Shown one piece after another: positions 1 through 13,360 of a stretch of 64,000 nt of DNA. Every line of letters begins with the position of its first letter. Positions within the stretch are counted from its first letter, which is position 1. The notes beneath the pieces were generated by a model. The model was not told the origin of the DNA. It saw only the letters and a list, made by a program, of their open reading frames with translations, and did no database searches. Both the position numbers and the translations under genes were made by a program. Source of the DNA: Phoronis australis (lineage: Eukaryota; Animalia; Phoronida); contig NMRA01000042.1 of assembly GCA_002633005.1 (NCBI GenBank), forward strand, positions 62,001-126,000, in the 5' to 3' direction.

Positions 1-1419
1 AAAACAACATGGCTTTGCTGAATCACATCATTTTTGCGAACCCATAGAGTGGACTTTCTGTCAGTTATGCCTTTTTCAGATGTCTGAGACAACTGTGCAA
101 ACAATGATTATGATAAACACAGCTCAGTGTTAAGGTAAAAAATCAGCCACTGATACTGTGGTCCCGGAATGACGGGAAATGATTTCTTATTAGTTAACGT
201 TGTTGTTTACACCGCCCCCTGCTGCTCAATATTTGTAACAGTTTAATCTATACCGATGGGGGCTAATGAAGTAAAAATACTTGATTGAGTCACAGAAGGA
301 AAAAGTAAATTGCCAGGTGAAAGTACTCAGGAAATGTTCTCCTATTGCTCAGGGCCCACTAACTATGAATCCTGCAGCAGTTACAACGACGAGTAAACTT
401 CTCAACATGATAGTAAAAGTACCAGTCTTTCTTGAAGGGAAAACAACCGGTATTGAAATTATCTTTACTAAACACATAGCCCTGGTAATTTTGTAGGGGT
501 ATTGTCCGAGTCAATTACTCTTCCCCTAGCATACTATCCATGTAACAACAGGAAGTGACGTAAAAGGTTCGTCATTCACGTCCTTTGTACAAAAACAAAT
601 GAGCAACGTGGACTAGCTGTGGTTAATGGTGAGTAGGTCTGTATTGTGTATGTGCAATGGAAGTTCTTGTAGAACCGAGATGCAATAATTTTATATTGCT
701 GGGCTATCCATGTCACAAACGCATTTATTCCCCTGATAGCAAATAGTCACCATAGAAACGGCAACTCACATGGAGAAATACACTTTCAAGATAGCCAAGG
801 ATCCATATTTTACAAAACGTAAAACAAACCCCCCTTTAAGCCTGGTCGCCGTAACCGTTTATACCGACGTATGTAAGCGTTGGTGTACGTAAAATAGCCA
901 TTAATCTAATTTCCAAGGAATAAATCAAAACGTCCAGGATCTCCAAATTACATGTACTTTCAGAATAATAAGACGAGTACACGTGTAAATTACACGGTGT
1001 ATTGGTTTCCGTAAAATTAGGCAGGAATCGACTTCTGATCTTAAAAAAAATTTTTTAATGTGCAGTTAGTCATAGAGCCATTTTCGCTTTGCTGACAAAC
1101 AATTTTGGATTATTGTTGGACAGGATATGTTTATGAAGTTATTAAATTTGACCAAAAAAGCCGTTGTTTTTTCTGATTTGATGACAGATCGCCAAACCAC
1201 GCCGTTGTCTGCCAGACATTCAGTAGAATCTTTAATTCCTGCGCCATGTAAATAAGCATGAAATACTTTTGTTATTTAATGCGTTGAATTTGGCTCAGTG
1301 GCAAAGCTTTCGACTGCTCTTGCGACGGTAGTGATTCTGCGGTACTATTTTAAGTTCTTGCACGCCACCTGTGGCCACATCACATGACCAAATGAATATA
1401 TTATAAGTCTAAAAAGATT

Positions 1420-1493
1420 TCTGCTCTAACTGTGACTCGAACATAGGACCTTCTGCTAACCGTGAAGACACTCTAGTCTACTGAGCCATTGGG
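1420..1493 (-). mobile_element. tRNA-derived SINE head remnant
   Basis: Minus strand has an A box (tggctcagtag) and a B box (gttcgagtc) at tRNA-like spacing, without a clean cloverleaf. Confidence 0.5.
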
Positions 1494-3304
1494 AATACAG
1501 TTGTAGACATCTCGACTTTAAGTTCCTGACTATATACATACAGTATAGATATTAATTCTGAAACCGGCGTGGAAAACATTTTTAAGCCTGGTCAGCACGC
1601 CGCCTGTAAAATCACTTTCCTGGTCAAGATGCTCCTTTAAGTACACGCTTAAGTTTAAATGCGGTTTGATTTAGGTTAGTTATCGTACAAAATGCGTAAT
1701 TAAAACCTGCTTGATCTTATACCGTACACAAGTTTGAGAAGAACTGGTTGTTTGTTATTGCTTCTGTACGGGCCCGTCATTTGGTTGTCACGGCGGGCTT
1801 GGATTTAGCCTCAGTCGCCGAAGCACCAATGTAGTCTGGAGAATTCTCGCCACTTATCTCCAGCAGTTACTAAGGAGAATAACATGATGATCTACAGTGT
1901 ATCTGTATATTTTGGCTCGAACGACCCCCCTCCGTTTGGCGAAGTGGGCTAAAGGGTCAATCTCAAAGAAACAACAAGTCCGAAAAGTAGAAAATGAGAC
2001 AAAAGTGCACTAAAAAAGCAGGAACTAACAAAACTCGGCGAATGTACAATTCATAGCTCTGAACAGAACCGTAAAAGCTCCACATTCTCAAAAATTTGAA
2101 CCCCCCGTTTTTAGGTTGGGTGCGTGCACGGTATACATGTAGATGAGCTGATAAATTTCGCCACCTACTGCACAACTGACAGCTACAAGAACTGCCACCG
2201 TGCGATTGCCGAGTCTTGCGTTGTCGTCATGTTAACATGTCCCGCGTGGGTAAGATGTGACGTCACCAGGCTCATCCGTTCCGTACGTTCCATTGTTAGC
2301 ATGATGCACAAAACATACAACTACAGAGAAGAGATATTTGCGAAACGTTCCCAAGATGAATTTATATCACTTTAAATTTGTTTAATCTGACATTTATTCC
2401 CTCGCGTAAATATAGCTTATGGTGAAATCTATCACGATTTCTTATCGAGCAAGCTCTTGTCCTCTGTCATTCTTCATAAATTATCTAATGTATTACAGGT
2501 GTATAGACATCTAAACGGATCGAAAAACAAATTAAATCCGTTTTGTCTTCATTAGCAACCAATGTTTGTGGGACTAAAATGGAGGACGGTCATAGTGGTT
2601 ACATCATTTCCGGTTCCCGTTTGGCTGGAACTAATTGAATGTCGGAACTACCCACTCTCATTCACTTTCCATTACACGAAAGCTTTTAGATTTCATTGCG
2701 CTATAAATCCCGTGAATATGAATACGTGACCATGATTTTGGTGAAAAAACACACTTTACTTGGACATCAGTCTCTGGAACAATGATAAGTACATGTACAT
2801 GTACCACTAAGGTATTGCTCTCCTAGTCGCAGACTGTAAAGTGGAGAAATTAGTTGAGAAAAATGCATTTTGTGAGATACGAACGAAGATGGGTTGATGG
2901 CCTACATGTGTAAACATACTGATTCCGGAGATGTCGTTGTGCTAAACCTTTCCCGAGAAGCGAGAATCGGTCTGTCGTGTCAAGGATTTCATGCAGTCCT
3001 GCGTGCCTCGAAGATACGTCTTTCAAGTGCGGCGAGATTACAAGTCTCTGCGAGATATCGCCGTTTACAAAAACCGTACCAAGGGATCACGCCAGGTTAC
3101 ACCGCTTGCACATTGCATTCGGAGGCAAGGTTTTAAGCTATCCACCTACATGTACACTGTACATTTACGTGTACAGCGCAACAGGCGTATGAGACGGGCA
3201 AAAATTATGCGGGAGTTGCTTTTTTCTTGTTTACCTATCGCTTGACAAATCACGCCAATATTCAAACCTGTCTAACCATGTTGTCTACCTGCTTATGCGC
3301 ATGA

Positions 3305-3922
3305 AACCATGGCTCGCTGGTTCCCTGCGTGCCGCTAGGTGGGGCGGTAGCGCGCCAGCACGCAGGTACAGTATCAGTTAATTTTCCTTGGGAATTTTTT
3401 TTTACACCGGCGTTTCTGATTGGCTAGTCGAATTCTCAACAGGCAGTGCTTTACGCAAACAAGGGTGGCATGACTGATGGACTGAAGTGTAAATGTGGTC
3501 TGCTGAACAGACAAATCGGTGCTTAAAATATATTTTCACGAAATGTGTAGCCTAGAAAATTGTGGTTGTGCCTTTTCGGAATGTATTTTTCTACTGTCGA
3601 TCACTTTTGTTTACGATAGTGTCCTGTATCCATACAGTATGAATAACACACCGGTCAAATTGTCCAGATTGGCCTATGTGTTTATTGTACATGAATGTGC
3701 TTCAAGCACGCGGCTATTAAACGTCACTGCAGAAACGAAATAGTTGCTGCGACGCCACTTGCTTGACTAAAAATCGTTCACAGTCCGCCGTTTTTCATGG
3801 TGTTGTAAAGCTAACCAATGACTGTCGAGGTTACATCGACCAATGCTAAAGCGCGTGCCACTGCGGGATACCTGCGGGTTGGCTGGCTAAGCACGCAGGG
3901 AACAAGCGAGAAAACCATGGTT
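3305..3922. mobile_element. MITE-like element with ~28-bp imperfect terminal inverted repeats
   Basis: aaccatggctcgctggttccctgcgtgc (3305-3332) is inverted relative to gcacgcagggaacaagcgagaaaaccatggtt (3891-3922). Confidence 0.5.
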
Positions 3923-4348
3923 GACATTATGGGCTGTCTTTTTTGCTTTGTCCTGTGAACGCAGCTCTCGAAACGAGATCCGAACCAAATTTGCATGTTT
4001 GGCCTAATGTAACACGACATGATTTTGCTTCGCTGCTTCTTTAGACAACTTCATTCAGTCATATCAGTGGCCCATACCATGAATAGACAAAAATCAGCAT
4101 CTCTATTACATGTAGATCAGCACAACAACCCAAGATGATTGATAATTCCTATACGCCACCCACAGGTCATGTGACCAACTGCCAATCGAACACTTAAACA
4201 ACATGGTGCTATAATTTTTTTCAACCCACAACAATTTTGAGCAAGTTTGGAAACTTTTTAACCCTGATAAACCGTAAAGCGTTGCCTAACGATTTGGTGA
4301 GAAGTGTCTCCGGCAACAAGCCTCCTATCTAAGAATGATATTCTTTGA

Positions 4349-4368
4349 CTAACGATGCTTCCGTCTCT
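4349..4368 (-). CDS. Candidate terminal exon of defensin-like gene (ERRKHR*)
   Basis: Acceptor gtacattcccag| then ag aga cgg aag cat cgt tag, in frame after the phase-1 donor, giving a basic tail. Other downstream acceptors (about 2833, 2320, 1869) are also possible. Confidence 0.4.
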
Positions 4369-4706
4369 CTGGGAATGTACATGCACTGATAGCGCACCCG
4401 TTTTGATTTAGCTTAGAAAATGGGATGATGCCACGGAGTGTCGGGTTATCTAAGATGCGACTAATTAAGCTCAGGGACGACCGGAAAAACATGTGTCATT
4501 CAGCTACAAAAATACGAGCCAACGGGGTGGAGCTAAAATTGTGGCGACAATCAGATATAAGATTGTGGCTAAGGAAGGACAGCCGAATTTACCAGGATAC
4601 CCTGATATTTCTTACATAAACTTTTTGTGTAACTTGGCACACAGAGCAACCACTGCCAATGGTTAACAACTTTTTAAGACCTGCCAATGGGTTAGTATAA
4701 TAATAC

Positions 4707-4820
4707 CTGTACAACACGTCTGTCCTGCTGGGCATAGATTGCTCCCTTTCAAATATCGACTACAGGCAGATGAAGTGCAGGTTCCACCAAAAATAGAGCA
4801 CCATTGGAACTGACCGTGAA
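4707..4820 (-). CDS. Beta-defensin-like peptide gene, 6-Cys domain exon (VHGQFQWCSIFGGTCTSSACSRYLKGSNLCPAGQTCCT)
   Basis: Acceptor tttctctttttag| at 4820 and donor cag|gtatta at 4707 give a 114-bp phase 1-1 exon. Cys spacing C-x6-C-x4-C-x9-C-x5-CC resembles the beta-/trans-defensin pattern. Confidence 0.8.
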
Positions 4821-5732
4821 CTAAAAAGAGAAATACAGGTTGTTTGAGACGTTCAATGCCTCCAACTTTTCTTGAATGACCTGGATTACTTACGACAGTA
4901 GCTTTGTCAGACTCCGACAATCCACGAAAAGCTTCTAACCAGAGTTATTACGAGGCTAATTCGAAATCGCATTAAATTCGCATATTTTTCGAAACTTCGT
5001 CGGAGTTTAATATGACGTCATTGTGCCTACTCACTAGTTGTATATCTGTGAATAGTCTTGACAGTAAGTTGTCGCGATTTCGACAAAGTGCATGGAACAG
5101 CGCCTTTTTCGAGATTTTGTAGAAATTTTGTCAATATTGATACGGGGTCTAGGCGAAAAGAAATCGATAGTCACAGAACTCGCAGTGTTGGGTGTCGAAA
5201 CTGCCAAATTACACTTTGTTTTAAAAACTACTGTGTTACAATTAGAAAGAGTCACCTGTTCTTTAACTAAATCTTGAATGTACGCTTCCTTCTTACTCAC
5301 TATACCCAAAACTCGGATTAAAAGCAATCTACTCAACTCTCTGAAGTCTAATGTAACTCAACCATTTCTATTCCATGCTGGTAATGATTTCCGTCCATCC
5401 TCAAACGGACCATTAAAGTAAAAACGTGTGTCAAAACATCAATTCTGACAAGATTGGCCAATCTATCCTAAACTAGGTCAATTGTTTTTGATGGTAAAAA
5501 GCAATTGCGGTTTGGCGATTTTTTTAAAGTAGCTACTTGAATTACTAACGCTAATTCTTGATGTTTATTGTTAGGCTGTAAGAAGCAGAGATATGTCCCT
5601 TGAGACGATTGCATTTCCATATAGTCAATGATCAAAGAACTAAGCATTATGCGCCTAAAACTACAATAGTAGCCAGTATTGAGATAACAAAGAACAAAAA
5701 CGAAAATCTAAAAAAATGAAGTTAACATATAC

Positions 5733-5778
5733 CTTGAGATGTACCCAGGAGACAGATGGCTAAGACTACTCGCAACAT
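5733..5778 (-). CDS. Beta-defensin-like peptide gene, first coding exon (signal peptide MLRVVLAICLLGTSQ)
   Basis: Minus strand reads pyrimidine tract ctcttcactcccttcag|, 9-nt UTR caatcagcc, ATG at 5778, 15 hydrophobic codons, then phase-1 donor g|gtatat at 5733. It joins in frame to the 4707-4820 exon, giving ...SQVHG, a plausible signal cleavage site. Confidence 0.75.
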
Positions 5779-6886
5779 GGCTGATTGCTGAAGGGAGTGA
5801 AGAGAGGTGGGGAGACGGGAGATAAAGGATATTGCCTGTCAGGTGTCCGGCGAGAACCACCATATGGGCGACGGCATGGGCCCAGGAAGAGGATTACGTC
5901 CGGATACGACGATAACGACTGCGTTGTGACGTCAGCCATGGTGGGACTGTTATCGTGGTACCGCACGTGCTATGATTCAGGGCAGTGAGCACAGATAGAC
6001 AGCAAAATCAATATTTTGTAAGATAGTTTGAAGAATTAATCTGCTGGACCTGTAATTATTTTGAATAACACTCGTTTTTAATTTACGTGAAGCCCCCCAA
6101 TACTAATTATACGGAAGTTGTTGGCATAACGTTCCCGGTTCCTGCTGAGATATTATCCATGATGTGTAACTCAAATATTATTTCTTTAGCAAATTTTAAT
6201 GTTTCTGAGTTGAGCGAATAAGAGGGTTCAACAATGATTGTTTTGTATGTGGTACATCAAAATGACTCACGACCTTTCAAATTTATCCCCAAAGCTTCGC
6301 TTTGAATTACCTAGCATTAATTGTAGAAAATTTAACCTTGAGTGTCCGCAAAAAAGTCGGAAAATTTGCCAATCAAATACCATATGGACCAATGTGTTTG
6401 TGAAAATCACAATTTTGTGAAAACAAGTAAAACTTGTCTAGTTCCCAACCAAGCAATCTGATTTATGTAAGCATTAACCTTCGTCAAAGATAGGTCCAAG
6501 GGGTTGATCCTCATGTGTCAGAATCTTAACCCGCCTGGTGACCCTCATCAACTTAATTCCTCTTCTTGGCCTCGATCGTGGCTAGTTTAGAAGATTTCTG
6601 AATTCACCACAGAATCCGACCATGACAATGACGATTAGTGTTATGCCTGCTGGTTTAAAGGGATACGTGAAACCAAAAGTCATGCATCTCCACCAAAGCC
6701 TTTCAGATTACGTAGCCACACGTACGTCGAAGAAAGTTACAGTGCTTCTGAGAGTTAACCATCCCCAGTTCTCCCTTTTAGTACACATTAACATCGCTTT
6801 GAGAGCGAGAACTAAGTAACCCGCTTCATAGGAGAGTTAGCCAATGAAATTCATGTTCCCTTAACAATAGTAAATAAAAGGTATGA

Positions 6887-8400
6887 TAGGGCATGGTAGG
6901 CGGTGGTCCAAAATTTGTAGGGCTTCTAGAAAGTGTTTTTTGTGAGTACTTTAGGGGAGCACTTTTATTTTGGTGCTTTTTAATTCATTTACTAGAATCT
7001 AAAAAGTTCCCACATATAAAGTTGCACATTTTTGAGAAATTTGAGTTTGAAGTTGCATAATAACCACCATAGAGCTTTGAGACCATATATTTGTAAGACC
7101 AACGGTTTTTGCTATCTTTTTGTAAAACAAGTATTATGGTCCCATCGATGTCACTGTATTGAACAATATTACACTCACATTACATGTTTTACTATTGTAG
7201 ATTAATTATAAACAGTGAAATTTAAATAATGTAAAGTGACACCTGGTGGCAGATAAAAACTTAGTCTGAATGTTACTAGGAGGTTATTCTGGCATTGTCT
7301 GGCAACACAACTAACGCAAAACACTTGAGACTGGGCAAAATTTGTGCCTCAATGACTGAACCATTGACTAATGGTGTAAAATATAGCTTGTTTTCATAAT
7401 ACACCAAAAATATGTTATAGTACAAAAACAATATAGTTGAATGATCTCTATGAACTTTTTGTGCACACAGACTGTATGAAAATGATACAGTAGATTATTC
7501 TGATAGCGTTTAGCCAGCCGTATGAGACAAATACATTACAATAATCAAGTTATGTACTTTCTATAACTTTATCAACAAATAAGAAATTCACTTTTAATAC
7601 AAAAAACGAAATAACAGGGTTGGAGGCATATTTAGGGTTGATTTCTCAAAGAACTATCCAATGTTGTGCAGTCAGTGTTGCTGATGTTACTTCAGTTGTC
7701 ACAGCTGCACGTTTCTGTACAGTTTGACCCAGCATCGCAGCACAAACTCAATTTCCCTGTTCTTTTTGCATTTGCAGCGTTCATCGTTTAGTAATGTCAA
7801 TGGAGATGCGGGCATTGCACACACTTTAAATGCAAAGCTCCACCTCCAAAGAGCCAACCATGGTCGATTAGAGAGGGTACAGCACTGCGTACTAGGGAGG
7901 GCCCGCATGAAATGAAGGGTCAAACACTAAGTCCTTGTTTGGAGGCGGTCAGGATTTGGGCACTCGTTTGATTCAAAATATGTTATAATGGGCTGAGTTA
8001 ATTAGAGTCAGCAAGTGAATTAGTGAACACTAGCCTCAATTCACTTTCATTTGTCTTAGTCGGGCACAAACTACAACAGTGAGTAGCTTCAACAGTCGTT
8101 TCTTAAGACTGCCTGTCCAAATAACTTCATGCACACCAGCTTTCTAAAGAACAGTTTCAAAGTCTTGCTTTAGTTTTGAAAGGCAAATGACATCTCCATG
8201 TGTTAGAAGCTTTGATTCAATGAACTCCAAACAAAACTGTAGAAAAACAACTCTGAAAACTGTGGATTCGTCACTCTTACAATCTTTGTCTATTTTTATA
8301 GCAAGCTGGGGTACTTGGCTTCTAAAACATAGGGTCTTTATCTTTGAATTCCATTTGCATATTCAGGGCTCTGGACTGAGCTGTTGCTTTCGATACAAGT
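6887..8400 (-). mobile_element. Decayed Academ-like DNA transposon fragment
   Basis: Candidate terminus begins TAGGGC at 6887. The minus strand carries broken motifs DKDPMF*-EAKY...ACYK (about 8300-8360) and a Cys-rich C-terminal remnant RCKCKK...LCCDAGSNCTETCSC (about 7700-7790). I found no partner TIR. Confidence 0.4.
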
Positions 8401-8685
8401 CCAACTGAAAAAACCCAAACTGTTAACACTGATTCAAAATTTAACTATGAGCGAGTTGGCATGCAAATTTTGCAGACAGACTTATCAGGAACTGATCCAC
8501 CACCAGCCTAACAAAATTACATGCCGACTGATCTGTCGCCTAAAAATGTTGATCATCTAATAATTAGATTAGTTGATGCAACTGGAAATAAATAAGCTGA
8601 TATACCAGTGCAGTGATTAAAATTATTTTTTTTAATCAGATGCTCATGCCATAGTCAAGCGATTTACACTTAAGGTAATCGACGT

Positions 8686-8831
8686 TTGACGAAGTGGACA
8701 GTGGCTTCCATCGTCCTCAAATTTCGACGGCGACAATGGCCACTTAGGCACTTTAATTTGACGAAATGGACAGTGGCTATCACTGTCATCACATTACGTT
8801 GGGGACGCTGGCCACTTATGGACTTTAATTT
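8686..8831. repeat. Two degenerate tandem ~72-bp units
   Basis: ttgacgaa(g/a)tggacagtggct...tggccactta..g.actttaattt occurs twice in tandem. Confidence 0.6.
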
Positions 8832-9289
8832 AATTACCATTGCAGTTACCTAAAAAATTAATGTTTACAAGAAATTGAGAAGAGATTATCCCTATCCCAG
8901 GATTACGGAAGGGGATGACGGTCACTTTGGAATGTTGACTGCAACCATCTATTCCATTTAACCTTCTCAAAATGTTTGACTTAAAGTGCTTAAAATCACA
9001 CCCACAGTATAACGCCATATGATTATCCCCTGGCGCAAGCGGTGTTGATGTGGCAACTGAACAAGGAAGTGTTCAAAAAACAGGATTGCATGAATATTTG
9101 TTTAAACTGGGAACAAATGAAAACATTAACGGCCTCCTCAGAGGCATCTCTCTACGCAGTACTTCTAAACTTATAGGAACCTGAATTATGGTTTAACCAA
9201 TGCAATGCAATCCGGCATATGGAGTACCTGTGGTATGATCACCGTCTCTACTGGGTCAGCGGTATTATCTAGTAAGACCTAGGCATCCA

Positions 9290-10546
9290 AGGGGCTGTAC
9301 AAGTTAAAAAAGCAACTGGTGATAATAATGAAACCCACTTGGAAAACACAATGATGTACCTTTCAAAGTTATAAAGTTGTTACTTCTTCCTCTTTCTTGA
9401 AATGTGGTCCGTAATATACTTTTCCTGCTAACAAATGATCCACTCTGGTTTCAGAATGTTCCTATCTTGTTCACGTTCATTGGGTGTTTCAGATTTTGGA
9501 AGTCTAATAATATTGATTTTCTTGGGAAATTTTGGGTAACATCTGTATCACTTTCATCAGATTCAGCTTTAGTACTACTGCTGGTGTCAAGTTGCTCCTC
9601 CGACAAGTTATCGCTAGCTATAATAGTAGTATTGTGGACGTTTAATATGTTGGAGCAAATTGGCACTCGGCACGTGACGCCCAACTTCATCTTATCGGAT
9701 AGGGTTTGCGTCATAATTCCCACAAGGTGAGGGTGTGACAGGGGAGATTGCTTTAGGGCACATTGTTCTGGGTTAGCTCGTATAATGTGGACATGCTGCA
9801 ATTTTACAATTGCAGCCAGTGAATAGATGATTTTCAAAATAGCCGCGGTCAAGTCGTTGGTGAACAGGTTTTAGCGCCACCTGCAGATCCAGTGTAATGC
9901 GGACGTGAGTTTTGTACCTGCGGCGTTTCGTGATTTGGATGTTGTACATGTAGAATACAACAGTTTATGGTTTCATGACTTGTTACATAAAAAGACAACT
10001 TGTAGGTTTTTTGCAAATTTTGAAAACTGGGAATTAGATGACGTTTTACATTAAACTGATCGGAGGCAAACTGAATATACACCCCCTAGTAGAAATTAAA
10101 TATTTGTATTTGACGAGTTTGACATCACTTTTCAGGACTGTATTGCAATACGACAGTCCAGGAAAGAAATGTCCTTTTTCCTGTAGGCAAGAAAACGCGT
10201 TGTTTTTATTGTTCTTGTTTTACAAATGTAGGACTGATTCGCGAAATCATGTCGGAATTTGTTACATTCACGTGGGCCTATACTTGTCAAGAGTATCTAA
10301 TTTTTTATCGTCAGAGGTGCAGCCCACAGCACAGCAGTGAATTTAAACTTTGCAGTCATTGAAAGTTCGGATACAGTTGATGCAGCCGATACAAACTTGA
10401 AAAAGGCGAGGCAATAGCAAATAACACGAGAAACTCCAATGGTGCGATAACGAGGTTAAATACATGTAACTGCTTTACGGATGTTGCAGCATATTCTGGG
10501 CAAATGCCGCAAGATTCAAGTGTCGTTCTGTAACACGAGACCACCT
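9290..10546 (-). mobile_element. Decayed THAP-bearing DNA transposon (PIF/Harbinger-ISL2EU-like)
   Basis: Ends resemble the TIRs of the 37563-37959 element. THAP N-terminus remnant HCCAVGCTSDDKKLDTLDKY on the minus strand at about 10280-10340. Confidence 0.55.
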
Positions 10547-11302
10547 TATTAGACTTAATGGACCTGGTTTGATTGTGCTTATGAACATATTATTTATATG
10601 AAAATCACTAATCCGGCTGTTGATTCACTTTTCTTCAAAATAAATGTTTCATGTACACGTACATGTTACTGTTGCACTGCTGGATGGCACCACTCTGTGA
10701 AATGGAGAATCTTTAACGAATTCAGGTAGCCGTTAACTAATCCTGCATGAAGTATTCAAACATCATGTTGGTTGACACCCCTTTATGACAATAAATTTGA
10801 AATCTACAGGTACGTGTAATTTAATTGGTTTCATAATTAAACTAGTATCTGTTTATGCTGAGTTTTAGCAGAAAGAAGTGTTTTAAGGCTGAGACTGTTC
10901 ATTTCGCTTTTTGTCTCCTTTTGCCAGGCTGCTCTTTCGGCGGAAGTGAGGGGGCAAAAACCTGAGACAGAAAAAGTTTCTGAGGTGAAATGGCTCACAG
11001 CTATTCATTCCGTTCTCATGCAGTTGTAGACAGACTGGACTAAAGGAAAGTGTAAAAGCTCAGAGATGTTTGAGCTGACACAGCCATGAGAACCGCAGTG
11101 CTCTCGAGACGTTAAACAAGTCTGCGCAATCAGCCATTATCTGCATAATTATACATTTTAACTCTGTAAAAGTAGATATTTACTTAAAGTAGAAAGCCTG
11201 TAATATTGGATTGTTGACTGTTTACCAATGTGTAATTAATAGAGTATCGTAATTACGTTTTAGCAAAGTTTAGTGAAGAACAAAGGTATGTTGATAGCAA
11301 GA

Positions 11303-11469
11303 CAAATGTAGCAACAGCCTACATGTAGTCAAATGTAGCAACAGCCTACATGTAGTCAAATGTAGCAACAGTCTACATGTAGTCAAATGTAGCAACAACC
11401 TACATGTAGTCAAATGTAGCAACAGCCTACATGTAGTCAAATGTAGCAACAGCCTACATGCAGTCAAAT
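11303..11469. repeat. Minisatellite, ~6 x 27 bp (caaatgtagcaacagcctacatgtagt)
   Basis: Six near-identical units read directly. This explains the TCRLLLHLT repeat ORF. Confidence 0.95.
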
Positions 11470-12329
11470 TGTGTTTCATATAATTGTTCAGGGTGAGATT
11501 TCAAAATCGCTGTTACAATTTTTTTAGAGTATCATTTCGTTTTCATTTTATGCAACTTTGGATTCTTTCATGAAAATCATAGAAGCCATACATTTTGATA
11601 GTCCCTGATACTAAACTGGAAAGTTTTTTAAAACTTTAAAAAAAAAACAATTCCTAACCGTGTTTTGGAAAGTTGCGTGTAAATCTTGGTACCGGTACCG
11701 GTGTGTGACTGTTTCATATGAATATCAACATATATTTCTGAGATATAATGTTCCGAAGTTATCCAAATTTGGGAAATACTTGGGATTCTACATACAAGTA
11801 ACCCTGCACTCGTCTTACTGTTACACTGTTGTCCGGGAAACCGTGACGTGACTGTGAATATTGTCGTCTGCTAAAAACTCAGGCAAATATCCAGAATGGT
11901 AATGTTCTGTAAATAGACCTGTTATTAGTCACGGATCAAATCTTATCCAACATCCAATCAACTATTTGTCAAGTGTGAGAAAGCACTTAACAGGGTTTGA
12001 CGTTGAAAGCAAATGAAAAAGTTAGAAACGTTAACTGTTCGATATGAGGACTGAGATTCGTTGTACTTTGAAGTGTTATAAGCATGAATTGTTTTCAGCC
12101 GTTTCGCACGACAAAACGGATTTAATAAAAATGTCAACTGCGTCTATTAATCTTAACTTAATGGCAAACTAATGAATTGCGGGATTAAAGAGCATTACGT
12201 GGAATTTAAAGCGAGGCGTGATTAACGATTTAACTGGTAGATAAATCAGGGGATTCACATCATTTGAGCTAAGACTGCAGAACTAGCAGGCTGGGCTAGA
12301 AACCAAATAGGATCAAGACGAAAATTTGA

Positions 12330-12900
12330 ACTGATCATTTTGCAAAAGCAGAGGAAAATCAATACCTCGGAACTTCTTTTTCAAAGTAGGTAAGACACTA
12401 TCGAATTTATACTGGCATCAGTGTTAATGTGAATGTATTCAATCAAGGGAAGGCACAAAACTGCGGGAAGCCAATTCCGTTGAAATTTATCCCCGGGAGA
12501 TTTGGAGCGCATAAGTTGAGGCAAAGGTTGTCATTTCACAATTGTGTTTTAGTAAAGTGCTACTGGTAATCAGAATGTTCCGTGTAGTAGTGGGCTTCTT
12601 GAGGAATGGATTATACCTCGAGGTAGAGAATCTGCAGCCATAGGGCTCCACAAGATAGGGGTCCTTGTAGTTGCAAGTGCCCTTCAAGAGCTGAAGTAGC
12701 CGGAAGGATAGAACTGAAGCGACGGGGAGAGGTTGCTGTAACTCAAAAACTGTGACGACCGCGAGATGAAGCTGCCGGGGGACTCCAAGACTGTCTTTTG
12801 CTTAGGAGTCACGAAAAACCTTAATCCATCCGTGGCGTATTTAATTGTTACGTCTAATCCGAACATGCGTACTGACAAATAGGGGCTTGTCTCGTTCGCA
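12330..12900 (-). mobile_element. Highly decayed Harbinger-like transposase remnant
   Basis: Fragments RSSQFLS...SLQFYPSGYF and NGIGFP.../LIEYIHI resemble Harbinger/HARBI1 motifs (LRFYAxG; GFPxVxGxIDCTHI). Many stops and frameshifts. Confidence 0.3.
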
Positions 12901-13360
12901 GCTAAATGTACAATGCTGGCGTTTTCGCTAAAGCAATAACGCCTGTTGCAAGTACCAGTTGTTCGCGCGCGCCTCACGGCGCTTTAAATTGAAAATCAAC
13001 CACCGCACACAGAGGAACCAGCGAATATCACTTTAAATATAACCGATCATAACGGTTACCATCGTAAACAAGAGAACTATTGGATATCACTCTAAATATA
13101 ACGATAACCACCGTAAATCAGGGAATTAGTGAATATCGCTAACAACCCTAACACAACGGATCTTGTGAATATCTCTCTAAATATGACTGATCATATCCGC
13201 CGTACACAAAGAAACTAATAGGGTTCAATTAATGCAAATCAAATGCTACTAAGAAAGTCTGTACCTTTCAAAAAGACACACAACAGACAAAATGAAATTC
13301 ATATATTCTTCAACAGGGAATTAAAGTTTTCACTGAATCCCATGAATCTCTAATGTGTTT

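Noticed and set aside
300-540. FLYWCH/MULE-like remnant (YQGYVFSKDN) on minus strand
   Set aside because: Too short and interrupted to call.
1810-2833. Additional minus-strand exons with strong acceptors (about 2833, 2320, 1869) as parts of the defensin-like gene
   Set aside because: Each gives a short unrecognisable peptide then a stop, and I cannot choose among them without RNA data.
11303-11469. 27-bp direct repeats as a CRISPR array or repeat protein
   Set aside because: No unique spacers and a eukaryotic context; this is a simple minisatellite.
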